Position numbers and translations under genes: made by a program. From contig NIVC01001471.1 in NCBI GenBank assembly GCA_002269645.1, positions 62,001 to 126,000 on the forward strand: a stretch of DNA of 64,000 bases. Direction: 5' to 3'. A model generated the notes under the pieces. The model had not been told where the DNA came from. It searched no databases and saw only the letters and a program-made list of their open reading frames with translations. Positions 15,095-27,357 of the stretch are shown here, piece by piece. Each line of letters starts with the position of its first letter. Position 1 is the first letter of the stretch. This DNA comes from Macrostomum lignano. Lineage: Eukaryota.

Positions 15095-15281
15095 TTAGAA
15101 CTGCAAAAAAGACAGACAATGGGTGACGCAAATTGAAAAGGAATAGTTTTGACTGCTATCTATGAAACTAACGGATTAGCCTAGAAAAACCTTCGTGCAC
15201 ACGTGTTAGGACGAACAAAAGGGGACGAAATTAAGAGGGACATTTAGCTGCTTCAAATTGCTTACTAATTTGACTTTAGGG

Positions 15282-15627
15282 CAGGGGTCGGTAAACTTTT
15301 TTTTAACTCAAGGGCCAGATAGAGAACCTAGCGCAAGACTGCGGGCCAGAGGAGGGAAGAGAGGAGAGGCAACACAGAAGAGCGATAGAAGGAGACGCAA
15401 TGGAATAAAGGAAAAGAGAGGAGAGACGAAATAGGAGACGAAAGAAGAGAGGAGAGGGGAGCGGAGAGGAGAGAAGAGGAGAGAATAGAGGAAAAGAGAA
15501 AAGAGAGCTGAGAAGAGACAAACCTTGAGCGGTCCAGATTACTAATAGTGAATTTTCAAAGGACCCGAGGGTCTGATAGAGGCTATGCGGGCCGCAATGT
15601 GGGGATCAGCAAGAAGCCGAATACCTG
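15282..15627 (+). mobile_element. hAT-type MITE with internal GA-rich tract, copy 1
   Basis: Starts CAGGGGTCGGTAAACTTT and ends GCCGAATACCTG. Its internal segments (CTAGCGCAAGACTGCG; TTTCAAAGGACCCGAGGG) match the copies at 40983 and 47176. No clear TSD. Confidence 0.75.
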
Positions 15628-16137
15628 TGCAAACTTAGTTAAGCTGCTGAATATTGGAGAAAGGCGATATCTTTAGCTAGTATAAACCGGTGATTAGTGT
15701 TTTGGGGATTTGGTTAGTCAAGGAAGTCAAGTCAAGGAAGCAGTTAAAACCTCCCATAAATGCCTAATAATAGCGCAAAGATTTTCGCAGGTTAAATACA
15801 ATCGTGAGCAGCTTACTTGCATAATTAGATGGAAATATATAGACTATTTAGTAAACTAAAACAGTGCATTAATTTTAAAGCTGAATGCTCAACTTAGAAA
15901 ATTCTACACTACGTTCGACAGTTAAAATAATAGCATGTGCAAGTTGGGGCAAATCGGGTAGATTAGATCATTTCAAGTGGCTTCAGACTGTCTGGTTTGA
16001 AAACTAACGACGCAATTAAGGTTAAAAAGCTTTTTATTTTTTAGCTTCAGAAAATAGGGTGCAGACGTGCAGTATAAGACTGTCCACGTCGTTTTTGGCG
16101 ATATAATTTATAGATACATATTAGCTGTCTTGGTGAG

Positions 16138-16260
16138 CGCAAAGCGCATGCGCCTTTTCAAATCCATTCCTTAGAACGCAGATTGCTCTTGACCTGCTTA
16201 GCCATGTTTGGGCAGAAAAATCAAGAATCCCTGAACCAACGAGCGCATGCAAGCAGTGAG
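16138..16260. promoter_or_regulatory. Candidate bidirectional promoter between RPL41a (-) and orphan membrane gene 1 (+)
   Basis: Perfect NRF1-type palindrome GCGCATGCGC at 16144-16153, a YY1-like GCCATGTT at about 16201, and a second GCGCATGC at about 16242. The flanking genes diverge from this region. Confidence 0.4.
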
Positions 16261-16451
16261 CAGTGAGCACACCCTAAGAAACCGAGTGTACAATACTGCC
16301 AAATGACTAAGTGACGAATAGAGATAACGAATTAGGCTCGAGAACAATTTCTTAAGCCTAGATAAAAGCAGGTGCCACATGCACGAGATTGCTACGACTG
16401 CTTACACGCGCCGTTGAGCTTTTCAGCTGCAGGTTACATATTAGCGAAGCA

Positions 16452-17546
16452 ATGTGGCTTCGACTCGCTGTATTATTGCTATGCATGAAAGCTGCTCTGT
16501 CGACAGCAAACGAGCACGGCCTGCGACCTCTAGACAATGCTAGATGCTGGTGCGACTTTGAAAGTATGGCGACAGAATTGCAAGATCTTAATAAGCCAGA
16601 TAGCAACCATGCGGAACAAGTCTTCAGCTTTGTAAACACGCTAATCTCGCTCAACTTTAAACTGACGAATTACTTCACGGACTTCCGTCAGTGCGTCAGA
16701 CACTGGTTAGACAGCATTGGCCAGTGTCAGGCTAAGTGCTCGTGCCGAAAGGATACGGTCTGTTGCCGGGACAATGTCTTTGGTACTCTAGACAAAGGCA
16801 TATTAACACTAAAGAAACAGGTAAAGCAGTCATTTACAGCTTATTCGCACATACCATTTTTAAATGACTATCACGGCGCAACATTCGACATCGTAAATGT
16901 ATACTCTGGCGCTTTCTTCGAATTCCTGACGGCACTGAAGACGGAAAGGACTAAAGCGGAGAATGAAATTGCGCATTTTTCTGCCTTCTACAGGCGCATG
17001 GAAAAGGGAAAACCCTTGGATTCGATTTTTGCGATAACAATGCAGGGCAAAAATGGATCGAAATCAATAGTAACACGATTGGCTGATTTCTATGAATGCG
17101 ATACAACTCTAGTGTTACCATTCTACCGGAATGTTTACGGAGTAGTGCTCCAATTTCTAATGATGCGCGAGCTACACTCAGAGCTACACGCACCGCAAGG
17201 TAGCAGTCCAATTAGCCAGTTCAGCAGCGAGCCGGAATGGAAACACTATCTGAGACTGTCGGACAGCATGACAAAGAAGATAATCTATTGCAGCAGTAAA
17301 GAAATTTATCAGATCAGATCTCAAGAAATAAAAGACAAAGACATGGCGATGCGAAACGCAGCAATCGTGTTTAGTTGCTTCATACTGGCGCTAGTTATAA
17401 TCATTGCTTTAATAGTATTCTTCGCGTGCAGGTCCAAGGCGGAAACTACCGTGACTATGCGCGAAGAACCTATCGGAAGATCCTACGAGGGTCAGGGTTA
17501 CGGACATGACGCCCTAATGAAGCGCTACTACGAAACAGACGCGTAA
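16452..17546 (+). CDS. Orphan single-pass type I membrane protein 1, 364 aa, intronless
   Basis: First ATG at 16452. Signal-peptide-like MWLRLAVLLLCMKAALSTA, a Cys-containing helical ectodomain, TM segment AAIVFSCFILALVIIIALIVFFAC, and a short Tyr-rich tail ending YYETDA. Confidence 0.85.
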   Translation: MWLRLAVLLLCMKAALSTANEHGLRPLDNARCWCDFESMATELQDLNKPDSNHAEQVFSFVNTLISLNFKLTNYFTDFRQCVRHWLDSIGQCQAKCSCRKDTVCCRDNVFGTLDKGILTLKKQVKQSFTAYSHIPFLNDYHGATFDIVNVYSGAFFEFLTALKTERTKAENEIAHFSAFYRRMEKGKPLDSIFAITMQGKNGSKSIVTRLADFYECDTTLVLPFYRNVYGVVLQFLMMRELHSELHAPQGSSPISQFSSEPEWKHYLRLSDSMTKKIIYCSSKEIYQIRSQEIKDKDMAMRNAAIVFSCFILALVIIIALIVFFACRSKAETTVTMREEPIGRSYEGQGYGHDALMKRYYETDA

Positions 17547-18787
17547 CTGCTAACACGTATGAGCCAATGTCTTGTTTGCAAAAAAATGTTCCTAAGCTTC
17601 TGAACTAATGACTGTCGTGTAATAACATTAAATGTTTGCAGACTCAACTAGTAAACCTATGATCGCCATCTGAAGTAATCGTTTAATTTGTAAAACTGCA
17701 GCATAATCTTACTGGCATTCTTAGCATTCCTGAATGTAAATAGACGCTAAAAGAAACGCTATTTAAACTGGCAAGATCATTGTAATTCACACTATTCTGC
17801 AAGAAACTCGTGAGGTCCCTCTTTAGCATTGTAACCCTCAAACGTAATTTGCCATAGTTTTATGAATGAATAGAGCAACTATGCATGTAAAGTATGCAGA
17901 ACTTTAAGAGCTTTAGTTTACCATATTTTCTGTCAAGAGCTTAATTAATCAACCGTAAGTGTAACTAAATTTAATTTACTTCTTTTTGAAAGAAAACACT
18001 TTTGAGCCAGGAAAATTTAGTTTATTCACTAATGTTTGTGCACAGAAACATTTTTTTTTCTAAAATATACACTGTTACTGCTTATTTCTATTTTGAAATG
18101 CCAGATTACTTTGGCAACAAACTGGGGCAGAAGCTTGCGCTTTAAATATTTTGTGTCAATCTTAGTCTAATCCCTTATGAAAGTAATTAAGCCACCGTAT
18201 TCTAATTGCAGTAAGGAATAAGAATAAATACAATATGTGCAATGTACATCATACTTACTAGACATCATACGAACTAGATTAGAAGTTCTTAACAGTGGCA
18301 TCCTAACAATCATTGAAATGACCCCCTGCGCTAGGCTAGTGGCACCATATATTGCTTATAGAACTGCTTAAACTTAAACGACTCGTAACTTGTTATTGTC
18401 CTCATCCTTATCAACATTCACAAAACTGCAGGTACTTTAACACTTGGAGTTAACATAAAGCTCATAGTTAGGGACTGAAGCACTGTGAAGGCACTAAAAA
18501 CCAGCAAAGCACACAAGTTTAGAGCTATTTGGCTAGCACAAACGTGTTATAGAACTTCCTGCCAAAAGGCTGAAGGTAAGGTGTGGGTGTCTTAACTACT
18601 AAGCCTAGCGACGGAGTGGGCTCTTACCAATAAACAAACAGTCGATGTGGTAAGAGAAGTGACAGACTATACCTATAAAATTAAGCTGGTTAAGTATCAA
18701 AGCATGGCTAATTCTTAGACAGAGACAAAAGCCGCCGCATGGGCCAGAAAGAAAATTAGCGCCTAGCAAATGCTTTCTACAGCAAAC

Positions 18788-20041
18788 ATGAGACCCGAAG
18801 TGGTCCTTTGCGCTGCACTGCTGCTAACAGCATGCACTGGTTTAGAAGCCGAGTGCAGGTGTAAATTTGCGCAACTCAAGCTCCAATTGAATACGATGCA
18901 CGCTACAGAGTCATCGGACTTCGAAAAGATCAGCAGCTTCATGGAAGGCCTGACAATACTCGACGATGTTCTGTTCACCAACGGAGGAAGTTTTGTCGGG
19001 TATTGTGACCGAATTAGCAGTTGCAATGCATCGATACTGCATGACCTGCTTGATGTAAATCTGCAACTGCTGACATCGGCTGGAAGATCGGCACTGGCGC
19101 ACCTGCCGCAACTCAGCGTAGCTGTCAAAATAATCGAGTCGAATTTTTATTACTTTGACAACTATATCAAAGAACTGGCCAGGCTTAGGCCTGGACATAC
19201 CGAGTTTCAGTTCGAATTTAAGCAAGAACAAGAGAGGCTACATAACGCAATGAAATCGGTGTGCTTTGTGAGCAATCGGACAAGCGAAAATGCTAATCAG
19301 TAAGAAGCCAGTTACAATCTGCATTTTAAAAATTTGTGAACCAACAAAGCAAACAGAAACGGGATGAAGGGGGAGGTGAAAGACAATATAGAATGTATGT
19401 AAAATTCAGGTTCCCTAGAGTTCCTATCTTTGTAAGCCTTATATATGGTAAAGTCTTATCTCTTAGCTTCTAAAAGCCCAAATCTAAAAAAACAAATATA
19501 GAAATTTAAACCAAACTTTACTACTGGTAGTAAGTAGTCAATTATTAAGCACATTATTAAGTCTGTTAAAACCTCACATAACTAAACTATTTACAGACCA
19601 ACTCCGGAACTAAGTGAGATCGTGCGACAGACCCGATGCGAGCCGCAAGATTATCTACCCATATGCTTCAAGCTGCACAGTGCAGCTCTACAATTCCTAC
19701 TGATGCTACAATCGTACTCTGATCTATCAAGTATTAACCCTAAACACTGGAGCAACGTACAAGAGTTTGCCTACTACAACAATTTCAGACATAAATTAAT
19801 TGGCTCGATCGACTACTGCCGAACAAAGCGGGTGAAAACGGTGGTGAAAAGTGAAAGTCAATCTAAATTAGAGTTCCAACTAACCGGTATAGTCAGCTTC
19901 TCAATTGTGCTGCTAATCATAATTCTAGCTGTCGCTCTGGCGATTTGGATGGCAACAAACAGACAACGGACTAATCGAGCAGGCTTTGATCGTGTGGTTA
20001 CCAACTCCGAAGGCTACCACTATGAAACTGGTTTCGTATGA
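18788..20041 (+). CDS. Orphan single-pass type I membrane protein 2, about 318 aa, paralog of the 16452 gene. Exons 18788-19299 and 19597-20041.
   Basis: Signal-like MRPEVVLCAALLLTACTGLEA. A phase-2 intron (CA|GTAAGA ... TTACAG|A) joins the two ORFs in frame. TM segment GIVSFSIVLLIIILAVALAIWMA; tail ends YHYETGFV. Shares motifs with gene 1. Confidence 0.82.
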
Positions 20042-20571
20042 CGATAGCAATTAAACCTTCCCCCACCTGCGGAATTGTTTCATAACCTCGATATTTTTGT
20101 ATATTTTTGCAAGCAAAAATATTTAAAGAATCTCGAAAATTTTCCTAAACAAATGTACCACTATGTATGTACAGCATAATAGTCTCGTTGTTTTACAAAC
20201 ATAGTGAATAAGATGCGGAACTAAAGGTGGAGGATAAAATGAATGTACTCAAAACGAATGTACCAGATACTGTTTTCTAACCTCTCACCTACCGTAGAGA
20301 GCTACAAAATCTCTATAACAGCTACTTATGCTAATAAAAAGTAATTGGAACACAGAAGTCTTTTTATCCAAACCACTGCACTAAATATATTTTTATTAAT
20401 CATTAACATGTACTCACACATACAGATATACAAACTGATGCAGTACAACTAATTAACACACTCCAAAAACGAAGGTGGAGGCAATCTTGCAAATGGCATT
20501 CAATTCGACGTAGGAGCTGCCCCAGCTGCATTGGCATTAGATTACAGCCTGTAAGAGCGAGCTCAAACAAT

Positions 20572-20649
20572 CTACTTGCTCCTTTCTCTCATCTTCCTGC
20601 GCTTGCGCTTCAGCCTGCGCATCCTCTTCTTACGCCACTTTGCGCGCAT
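20572..20649 (-). CDS. RPL41: Ribosomal protein eL41 (RPL41), copy b, same 25-aa protein
   Basis: ATG at 20649 to TAG at 20572 translates to MRAKWRKKRMRRLKRKRRKMRERSK. Acceptor TTTTTTTTAATTTCAG lies 4 nt upstream of the ATG. Confidence 0.96.
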   Translation of the reverse strand: MRAKWRKKRMRRLKRKRRKMRERSK

Positions 20650-21043
20650 TGCGCTGAAATTAAAAAAAATTCTGGGAGTAAATTATGACATCAAATTATG
20701 AATGAAAAGGCTGACTGAGTTACTGTACAAGATGCGAGTCTTTTGAAAAATAAAAGTTATTTTATATGGGTTGAGTGTGATACTTAAAACAATTGGCGAG
20801 ATATTCTGACAGGCTTTTGACTGATGCTGGCGCCCTGGACCTAACTGGGGGTGTGACTTTCTGAGGCCTATGGCCCAGAGACGCGCTCTCTGACTTCTCC
20901 CCCTCTTTCTGGCCACTGTGTGGCTGGCGGGTGAAGTACTTTGTTGTTGTTGTTGCTGTTTTAAAACGATTTTGTTTAGTTAAAAGTGACAGTTTAGGGT
21001 TGGGTGCTGTGTAAGCTATGGCACAAAATAAGGGTTGAAATGA

Positions 21044-21520
21044 CAGGGATGTAGCCAGGGAAAGAGGGACAACAGCCCATCCCCAAATGGCTGCTAAAAA
21101 CAATGCATTCATGCCAATCCTAATAAAAGTCCTGCATTTAAGTTGATAATGAATATAAATAATCACACTATAAAGTTATCCACTTGCAGTTTCTTGTACA
21201 TTAAATTATATATTTAATTTAAAACAGGTTAGTTCTATATCAGCCTTTGACTAATTTAAAGTTTTTAAAAACATATCTTTATATTTGTTTCATAACCTTT
21301 TTTATTTGATCAATTCAATTTAAATTGGATAAATTAAAATAATTTCTCTAAAAACTGACTTACACTTGTAAAATAGAGATGTAATAAAAACATATATATA
21401 TATTGTTGCTAAATGCTACCACGTGACTCTGTCATAGCACTTTTACCTTGGTGCATCCCACCCCCTGTAGAAAATTCACCTTGGTATATCCCCCATAGGA
21501 AATTCCTAGCTACACCCCTG
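21044..21520. mobile_element. Old short TIR element (hAT-like MITE)
   Basis: Termini CAGGGATGTAGCCAGG and the reverse complement of CCTAGCTACACCCCTG match at 14/16 positions. No TSD is retained. Confidence 0.5.
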
Positions 21521-22676
21521 ATCAATAGTTATATATAATTACTGATATACTATCTTTGTTACAGGCATTTCTTTTTTACAACTATAGAAAAATGAATATT
21601 AGTCTTTGTTATAGTAGATAAAGCCTATAAAAATCAAATAAAAAGTTTTAAAATTGATATAATATATTTATATATTCTCATATTTGCATAAGAAGTTGGG
21701 TTGTGCAGCTTGGTTTTAAAACCTTTTAACTTATACTCAAAGGTATTTAAATAATCTTATCTCAAATGTAAAAAGCAATAAATAAGAAAAAATTAAGTAT
21801 TCATAAAGCCTGTATAATAAATATTACTGGTATTTTTATTAAAAATATTATTAACAAAAAGATATTGACAATCAACTTTTTAGCCTTGATAATATTTTAT
21901 TTGAGCAGTCAGATCTTAAAATCCTATATAAGCCTAGTATCTTAGCATTCAATACTAATCAAACTTTATTCTATTTAATTTTTGGCTTATTAGCAATTCC
22001 CACTTCATCTTTGGGATTTTTAACATTTTTGAAAGCCTTGGAATCCTAGCAACTCATTAGTGAACAATGGCATCTCAGTAACTTTCCCAGAGTCATGGTT
22101 TTTAATAAACCTTTATTGTACAAAATGCTTAATACAACATTCTATATAATTTTTTAATGGTTTGTTCAATGCTTTATAGTTTACACTAAGCTTTGTATAG
22201 TCTTCTATCTAATATATTATATAATGCTTTGTGAAATGCTTTATAACATTCTTTGCAAAACTCTATAAATTTTTATATAGTATTATATATAGTGCCATAT
22301 ACTTTAAGTATATTGTTTAAAAATGCTTCATTTAATGCTCTATAATTTAGTTCTCTAGTATAGTGTTAAAAGATGTTATATACAATATATTATCTATAAT
22401 AAAAATATTCAAAATCTTGAAGCTATTTATTTATTATTATTAATTGGCTTGCACTTGTTTAATTATTATTTTGTTGAAAACCTTTTGTTGTTCTAGCAAT
22501 TAAATACTTATATATTTACATTACATTGTAGCACTTTGTTTCCCACTGTCTGCGATTAATAAAAGTACTTTAATTTGAATGTCCACAAGCTAGGTAATCT
22601 ATGAACCAAACTCCAACTTTTGGTTTCAGCCTCAAACTAATTGTACTTTATTTTTTATTAAATAGAAATGATCACC

Positions 22677-24193
22677 TAGGGGGCGACCCAGTCCCGGGCC
22701 CGGGCCCGAAAAGTCGGGAATCCCGACCAAAATCGTGGCCCGACCCGGGCCCGGGCCCGACCCTAAAAAAGTCGGGAAATCGGGACAAGTCTTTTTTCCC
22801 TAAAGGCACAGTCTAACCGCGTGCAAATAAGAATAAAATTATTTTTATTCACAGCACAGCACAACACTCAGTTAAGCATTGCATCAGCACTCAAGACTCA
22901 AGCACTGCACGACTGAAGTAATAGTAATAGATGATATGATGTGAAGTAGCAATATCATTGATTCGTAGTAGGCTCTAAGCGTGAGCGTCTGTGACCGTGA
23001 GCGTCAGCCACAGCCAGTTTCCACTTTCCAGGAAGATCGGATTTTTTCCAGGAAGATAAAATTAAAACATAGTTGATGCAATATTGATTCCACTTTACAC
23101 GCTGCAGGCTGCAGCCTAAAAGCAAAAATATGATTCTTTAAAAAGTTGATTTGTCATTTTCAAGCTTTTGTAAATAACATTTCCTATTTACGTTCCAAGA
23201 AGTACCTATTAAGGGCCAAGGCTACCATTTTTCCAAGAAGTTTGCTATCTATCAGAGTTTGTAATCGTGTTCATATTTGCGGGTATTGTATTCGTAGGTA
23301 GTTGTAGTTGTAGACTCAGTATTGTATTCGTAATCATATTCGTTTAGGTAGGTAGGTGAGCAGGTAGGCAGGTATCAGCTAATTACTTGTATTTCCATTG
23401 TCTGTTTGCCTGTTCTGTTGAGACAGTTGAGTGTTGTGTTGTGTTGTCACTTCACTTGTGTTCTGTTCTGTTGTCTTGTCTTGTTGTCTTACTGAATACT
23501 GACTGTGTACATGGCTCTTTACATTGAAGCTATGTAAAGAAACTAAAAATTCAAATAAAAGAATCAATCAATTGATTTGGTTCTTACTTCCTTACTGCTT
23601 CCAATGCCAAGTGCCTTACACTTAATGCTTCAGCTTTTCTTCTTTTTGCTTACTGCCACTGCCAGTGCCAGCCGCACTACCGCAGTGCCTGCTTGCCTAC
23701 CTCACTGCCTGTTAAGTGTTAGTGTCACTGTCACTGGCACACACACAGTACTTGTGCCACACAGTGACATTGAATTTGAACTATTGAGTATATTGATATT
23801 TGAGTATTAAGTCTTTTAATGTAACTCTTATCTATTCTGAAGTCTTAACTAATGTATTAAATAAAAATAATATTTATTATATATTTAATATAATATATTA
23901 TATTTATATATTATTATATATTTCATATATTTATATATTATAATATATTTAATGTTTATCATATATTTATTATACATTTAATATATTATATTAGATTTAA
24001 TATATTAATATATTTATTATATATTTAATAGTAATCCGCATATGCTAAAAGTATTAAGATTTATTATGATTTTTTTCCAATTATTGAGCTGTCTTAAAGA
24101 TCTTGTCCCGAATTCCCGAGGCCCGACCCGGGCCCGAGTCCTCATTCCCGGGCCCGACCCGGGCCCGACTTTGGCCGTCCCGGTCGCCCCCTA
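22677..24193. mobile_element. Non-autonomous hAT DNA transposon, 1517 bp
   Basis: Perfect 12-bp TIR TAGGGGGCGACC, perfect 8-bp TSD TGATCACC (22669-22676 and 24194-24201), and subterminal CCCGGGCCCGA repeats at both ends. No intact transposase. Confidence 0.92.
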
Positions 24194-24596
24194 TGATCAC
24201 CCCCTAGCCGAGGTTTAACCTCTTGCTCAACTTAATAAATAATCTTCATCCTTTGGTAGCCAGCGCTACAACTTATATTACATACCATGCTTAAAATCAA
24301 AATCAAAATTATGATATCATTTTGCATTTATCAAAAAGTTTAAACTCAAATAAATAAAAAAATTTTCTACCTATCTTTTATACTATTAGGCTTTTTTGAC
24401 CAATATTTCTACTAGAATTTTTTGTAAAAAGTAATGCATAAATCTAATAATACTTAGTTTTTGTTCTAAGTATCTAAGAGCTGATATCTAAAAAGGAAAG
24501 ATGAAAATAATATTTTATATAAATCTTAAATGTTCTTGATAATAGCAATGGAATATCTTATTTTAGGCTTAAAGTGTGTTATAACTTGGGTTTTTG

Positions 24597-27357
24597 AAGG
24601 TGGCAACTGAAATCTAGTCGCCAACTAAAAGAAATCCAGTTGCCAACTGGCCTTTTGAGCTCAAAATCTAGTTGCCAATGGCTATTTTTGGTTGCCCATT
24701 GGCAACTAGCCAGATTCTCAAGGATGGATATTTCCAAGGCAGCATTTGAAAAGCAGAAATTTCATTTATAAAATCATTTTTAAAATTGGCAAATGGCATA
24801 GGGAAAATGAAGTTGTCAGATTGGCCTCTTATTAGCAACTAAGATTTTAGTTGCTAATAAGATTTTCAAGGGGCCAAAAAACCCTTTATGGCCCAAAAAG
24901 GTTATAACTCAAACTTTTTTGCCAAAAAAAACCATGTAAAACATTGAAACTTATATTTAGAACCAATGCTATTATTATCATTTAGGAAAACAAATATTTT
25001 TTAATTTCAAAATTTTTATCTATTGCTAATAACATAGATCAATGGATAATAGACCAGCTAAATATTATATTTTATCTAACCTAATAAGTGCCCTCTATGA
25101 GTTAGAGAGGTTTCCTAGAGAAGTTACATTAACAAATTATTTATAAATTCACTTTAGGCTATTTATAACTTTCTTTCATTTTAAGCAATATACCTAACAA
25201 TGTACCTTGGTATACAAAATGCATTGTAATATATTCATTTTTTTTACTTTTTCTTTATTTTACTTGCTAAGTAAGCCATTTTACCAGATTTTTACTCAAG
25301 GACAAGGATAAAAGTGTTAGATAAACAAATAATAGTTAGATAATTGGATTTAGGCTAAATTCCTTTAAATCATAATGTAGCAAAGCAAGAACAAAACTAC
25401 CAATTTATTATCTATGTATATTATACAAAGCAATGATAATTTTTTTTAATAAACATAGAAACAGAATGCAAAATTTTTAATACAAGATTTTTAATATTAA
25501 AGTTTAGATAAAGCTAGTTAAAAAGACCTTTGCTACTTTATTAATACTATATAACATACTTTAGCCAAAAAATAAGCTAGACCTAGTTTAATTGAATATA
25601 AGCACTAATGAGACTAATGACAAATGAAAATTTGCTATTGGTTACAACTTTTTATGAGGGCTATTCCAAGTCTTTAGTCTAACATCTTTTTTTTAAATAG
25701 TTATTATTCTCAAACTTGATTTACATAATATCCAATATGCCATATAACTTATAGTTATAAAAGACAAAATATTAAATTTTCAATATGTATCTATATCTAT
25801 TGATAAGACATTTCTTATATACCAATACAAAAAAGCATTAACTTAAAAATTATGACTTAAGCAATGATGCTTTATGACTTCTATATAGCTTAACAAGGTA
25901 ACAATGTTATAAGCAGCTTGTAACTACTTTTAGAGGTTAAGCTCTAGTCAAAAAACTGATATTTCAGGTTTATTAATAGCTAGACAAGTTAGCAAACAAG
26001 TGCAACCTCCAAAATTTAGTCAGCTGTGCAACTTAGTTTTAACAAAAATGCAATATAGTTTTTTGCCAAAAAATATAACTTACATGTAAAAAACCCTAAA
26101 GCAAAATTAATGCAACTTTGGGTAAATGGTAGGAGTAACTTTGACTATCTTATTAAGGCAAAATGCCTCATCATCTACTTAGTAATACTTTGGTATTTAT
26201 TCGAGTGGGCATTTTTGCAACTTACCTTAGTTGGCCGCCAAATTGGTTAGCTAGATTGGCCAACTTGGCCAACTATTGCGCATGTATGCAAGTTAGTTTG
26301 ATAAGAATTAAAGCAGCTAACTTGCTACTATTATAATACTAGGATTAGTAGTTTTGTAAGCCCTAAATATAGAATAGATAGAATATCTAATATAGGCAAT
26401 TTGCTAAATTATAATAAAGTTGTAGGCTTAACATACATGCACAACAGTTGGCTGAGTCAGCCAATCTGGCTGACTGATTTGGTGGCCAACCAAAGAAGTT
26501 GCAAAAATGCCCACCCAAAAAAATACTTAAGTAGTAATACTAAGTAGCTGATGAAGCATTTTGACTTAATAAGACAGTTAGAATTACTCTTGCTGTTGAC
26601 CCAAAGTTGCATTAATTTTGCTTTAGGGTTTTTTACATGTAAGTTGCATTTTATTTTTAGGCCAAAAACTATGCTCTATTTTTATTAAAACTAAGTTGCA
26701 TGGCCAACCGAATTTTGGAGGTTGCGCATATATGAGGCTTAAGGCATTAGGGCCAACTACTTTAGACTAGTGAAATAAGTACAGAATGTCCTTTATAACT
26801 ATTAGTATCTTAATGTTTAAAAGTTATATACCTAATAGATATCCCTTTTGCTTATAGAGCTATAAAATTTAGCTTTTCCCATATAGTGATGCTATCCTTT
26901 AGGTTATAAACTAAAAATCAAATTATTTCTAACTTTGATAATGATATAAAAAGATTAATTACAACATATTATACTATTTTACCTTTAGTTTTGAATAAAA
27001 ACTTTGAAACCTAACAAACTCCTCTTTAATATTGACATTATAGTCTAGGTTTTTTGGCCCTTAGAAAATCTGGCAACTTTATTTTCCTATACTAGTTGCC
27101 AATTTCAAAAAATGATTTTGTAGGTATAAAAAATTGCTATATGAATTGATATAATAGAATTATTAATAATAGTTTGTTATTGTTTGCAGCATAGATAGCA
27201 ATCTTAGAGTTGAAAGAACAAAATTCTGCTTTTTAAATGCACATTTAGAAATATCTATCTTTGAGAATTTGGCAATTACTAATGGGCAACCAAAAATAGC
27301 CATTGGCAACTAGATTTTGAGCCTAAAGGGCCAGCTGGCAACTGGATTTCCAACCTT
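24597..27357. mobile_element. Old element with long degenerate terminal inverted arms (about 24600-24900 versus 27050-27357)
   Basis: For example GAAATCCAGTTGCCAACTGGCC..CTCAAAATCTAGTTGCCAATGGCTATTTTTGGTTGCCCATT is mirrored at 27280-27350. Confidence 0.75.
26000..26730. mobile_element. Foldback/MITE-like element with about 290-bp inverted arms nested in the 24.6-27.4 kb element
   Basis: Arms 26000-26290 and 26430-26730 are reverse-complementary (for example TTACATGTAAAAAACCCTAAAGCAAAATTAATGCAACTTTGGGT) around a spacer of about 140 bp. Confidence 0.8.

Noticed and set aside
16389-16451. Extended N-terminus of the 385-aa ORF from a TTG start
   Set aside because: The first ATG at 16452 directly precedes a signal-peptide-like stretch, so the upstream 21 codons are probably UTR.
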